Made by a program: the position numbers and the translations under genes
In this document: one piece after another, positions 62,307 to 64,000 of the stretch
How positions within the stretch are numbered: the stretch's first letter is position 1
Layout: each line of letters begins with the position of its first letter
From: Candidatus Binatia bacterium
GTDB taxonomy: Bacteria > Desulfobacterota > Binatia > HRBIN30
DNA length: 64,000 bases
Assembly (NCBI GenBank): GCA_937925685.1
Contig: CALAMI010000015.1
Span: forward strand, 232,911-296,910
Reading direction: 5' to 3'
Notes under the pieces: model-generated
The model's database searches: none
What the model saw: the letters and a program-made list of their open reading frames with translations, nothing else
What the model was told of the DNA's origin: nothing

Positions 62307-64000
62307 ATGTCTCGCATGGGAATCGTCGAGCGGTTGGTCGACGCCACGTTTCGGCATCCCTCCGTGGTTGCCGTGAGCGTCATCGCCCTCGTGGCGGGCG
62401 GGCTGTGGTGTTTCCGTTCTTTACCCGTGGAGGCTTTCCCTGACCTGACCACCCAACAAGTGGTTGTCGTTTCCGAGGCTCCGGGGATCGCCGCCAGTGA
62501 CGTGGAGCAATGGATCACGTACCCTATCGAGGCAGCGGTGATGGGAATTCCCGGCGCTCAACAGGTTCGCTCCACGTCCAAGTTTGGGCTCTCGTTAGTC
62601 ACGATCATCTTCGAGGACCACGTGCCCCTGTACTTCGCGCGCCAGCAGGTAGCGGAGCGTCTCCAAGAGGTTCGTGGCCGGCTTCCGGTTGGCGTCTTCC
62701 CTGCCCTAGGGCCAGTCGCCACACCCTTTGGCGAGGTCTTTCATTACACCGTGGAAGGACCAGTCGACCTGCTCGAGCGCAAAACACTTCAAGACTGGGA
62801 AATCCGCCTCCGGCTCCGTTCCGTAAGCGGCGTCAGCGAGGTGAACTCTTGGGGTGGCTTGACCAAGCGCTTCGAAGTGGAAGTCGACCCCCAAGCCCTG
62901 GAGAAATTCGGTTTCTCGTTAAGCGAGATCTTGGAAGCGGTTTACAAGAACCACGCGATTTTTGGCGGCGGCTTTATCGAACAGGGGTCTGAGCGGTTCA
63001 CGATCCGAGGCCGCGGCTTACTCACGAGCGCGCCTGAACTGGAAAAAATCGTCGTCCGTGCCAATCACGGTAGCCCCGTTTACCTACAAGACCTCGCTCG
63101 CGTGACCGTGGGCGCCCTGCCTCGCTACGGGGCGGTCACCCGCGATGGGCAAGGGGAAACCGTTGCCGGGATGGTCATTCTTCTCAAAGGCACGAACGCT
63201 GCCGAGGCCACGAAGCGAGTAAAAGAACGGGTTGCCGAAGTGACCAAGTCCCTGCCAGGCGGGGTCCGCATCGAGCCATTCTACGACCAAAGCGAGGTCA
63301 TCGACCGCACCAGCCGAACCGTAGCCCGCAATCTCTTGGAAGGCTCAGCACTGGTGGTCGTCGTGCTGGTTCTTTTCTTGCGCGATTGGCGAGCAGCGTT
63401 GTTGGTGTCTTCGGTCATCCCACTTGCCATGCTCTGCGGCTTCTCGGGAATGTACCTACTCGGAGTTTCGGCCAACTTGATGTCTCTTGGAGCAATCGAC
63501 TTCGGACTGATCGTCGACGGTGCCGTGGTCATGGTGGAGAACTTGGTTCGCCGGCGCAATGAACACCAAAGGTACGCTAACCACGCCCACTTGGTTGCCC
63601 TTTACCGCAGCGCAGCCATGGAAGTGGCTCGGCCAGTGGCGTTCGGTGTGGCCATCATCGTTGCCGTCTACCTCCCAATTTTTACGCTCGAAGGGATCGA
63701 GGGGAAAATGTATCGCCCCATGGCAGTCACCGTCTGCACAGCGATTCTAGGGGCATTGGTTCTGGCACTCACCGCGGTTCCTGCCGCCGCTCCTTACGTG
63801 TTGCAACCCCGCCCTCGCCACAGCCGTGAGGAACCCATTTGGGTTCATTGGCTCCAAACCCGTTATCAACGAGTGCTGCTGATCGCCCTGGAACGACGCA
63901 AAATCGTCGTCTCCACAGGTCTTGTCCTCGTGGCTGTGGCCGCGACCTCGTTGCCTTTTCTCGGAACGGAGTTCATGCCTAAGCTCGACGAGGGTTCGAT
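62307..64000 (+). CDS. heavy-metal-type RND permease (CzcA/CusA family), 3' end off window
   Basis: Absent from the track because it is open-ended. Translation from ATG 62307 gives MSRMGIVERLVDATFRHPSVVAVSVIALVAGGLWCFRSLPVEAFPDLTTQQVVVVSEAPG..., the canonical CzcA N-terminus. The reading frame stays open to 64000. Confidence 0.9.
   Translation, partial: MSRMGIVERLVDATFRHPSVVAVSVIALVAGGLWCFRSLPVEAFPDLTTQQVVVVSEAPGIAASDVEQWITYPIEAAVMGIPGAQQVRSTSKFGLSLVTIIFEDHVPLYFARQQVAERLQEVRGRLPVGVFPALGPVATPFGEVFHYTVEGPVDLLERKTLQDWEIRLRLRSVSGVSEVNSWGGLTKRFEVEVDPQALEKFGFSLSEILEAVYKNHAIFGGGFIEQGSERFTIRGRGLLTSAPELEKIVVRANHGSPVYLQDLARVTVGALPRYGAVTRDGQGETVAGMVILLKGTNAAEATKRVKERVAEVTKSLPGGVRIEPFYDQSEVIDRTSRTVARNLLEGSALVVVVLVLFLRDWRAALLVSSVIPLAMLCGFSGMYLLGVSANLMSLGAIDFGLIVDGAVVMVENLVRRRNEHQRYANHAHLVALYRSAAMEVARPVAFGVAIIVAVYLPIFTLEGIEGKMYRPMAVTVCTAILGALVLALTAVPAAAPYVLQPRPRHSREEPIWVHWLQTRYQRVLLIALERRKIVVSTGLVLVAVAATSLPFLGTEFMPKLDEGS

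Noticed and set aside
1-64000. CRISPR arrays, tandem repeats, IS elements and prophage genes
   Set aside because: Reading both strands, I saw no regularly spaced direct repeats, no transposase/integrase/recombinase motifs and no terminal inverted repeats.

Overview
High-GC (~60%), densely coding chromosomal segment from a diderm (Gram-negative-type) bacterium; BamD, ExbB/ExbD and TolC/MFP/RND are all present. I support about 60 CDS and 2 tRNAs. GTG/TTG starts and 4-nt ATGA/GTGA stop-start overlaps are common. I saw no transposase, integrase, phage genes, CRISPR array or rRNA. Left to right: (1) a sigma-54/two-component hub (1-11.3 kb) with an ExeA-type ATPase carrying LysM+SPOR, an apparently cytoplasmic LivJ/AmiC-like binding protein, two NtrC-type activators, a minimal pseudo-kinase, a histidine kinase fused to a degenerate bEBP AAA+ domain, and a REC-HK hybrid. 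(2) A cofG-cofH-cofD-cofE coenzyme F420 cluster. (3) A GT-C-like membrane protein, a GMC oxidoreductase with Tat small subunit, and an ACC-deaminase-family enzyme. (4) exbB-exbD followed by a Ycf46-like AAA+ ATPase and an XRE regulator. (5) An HxlR / cytochrome P460 divergent pair. (6) A REC-GAF-PAS kinase, crotonase and amidase. (7) A 1,080-aa PHP-domain lipoprotein plus a HEAT-repeat protein. (8) TetR and class II RNR nrdJ with tandem NrdR-like boxes. (9) Housekeeping genes, tRNA-Cys, tRNA-Gly and bamD. (10) The most unusual locus: an active ThiF-type E1, then a tightly coupled operon of a CysO-like sulfur carrier (GG followed by two extra residues), a CysM-like enzyme, a degenerate pseudo-E1, a radical-SAM-like protein with a non-canonical Cys motif, a DASS permease, a USP-like protein and ATP sulfurylase. 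(11) An ECF sigma/anti-sigma module, polA and a czcCBA-like efflux operon. All functional calls rest on motifs read by eye from the translations; no database search was run.
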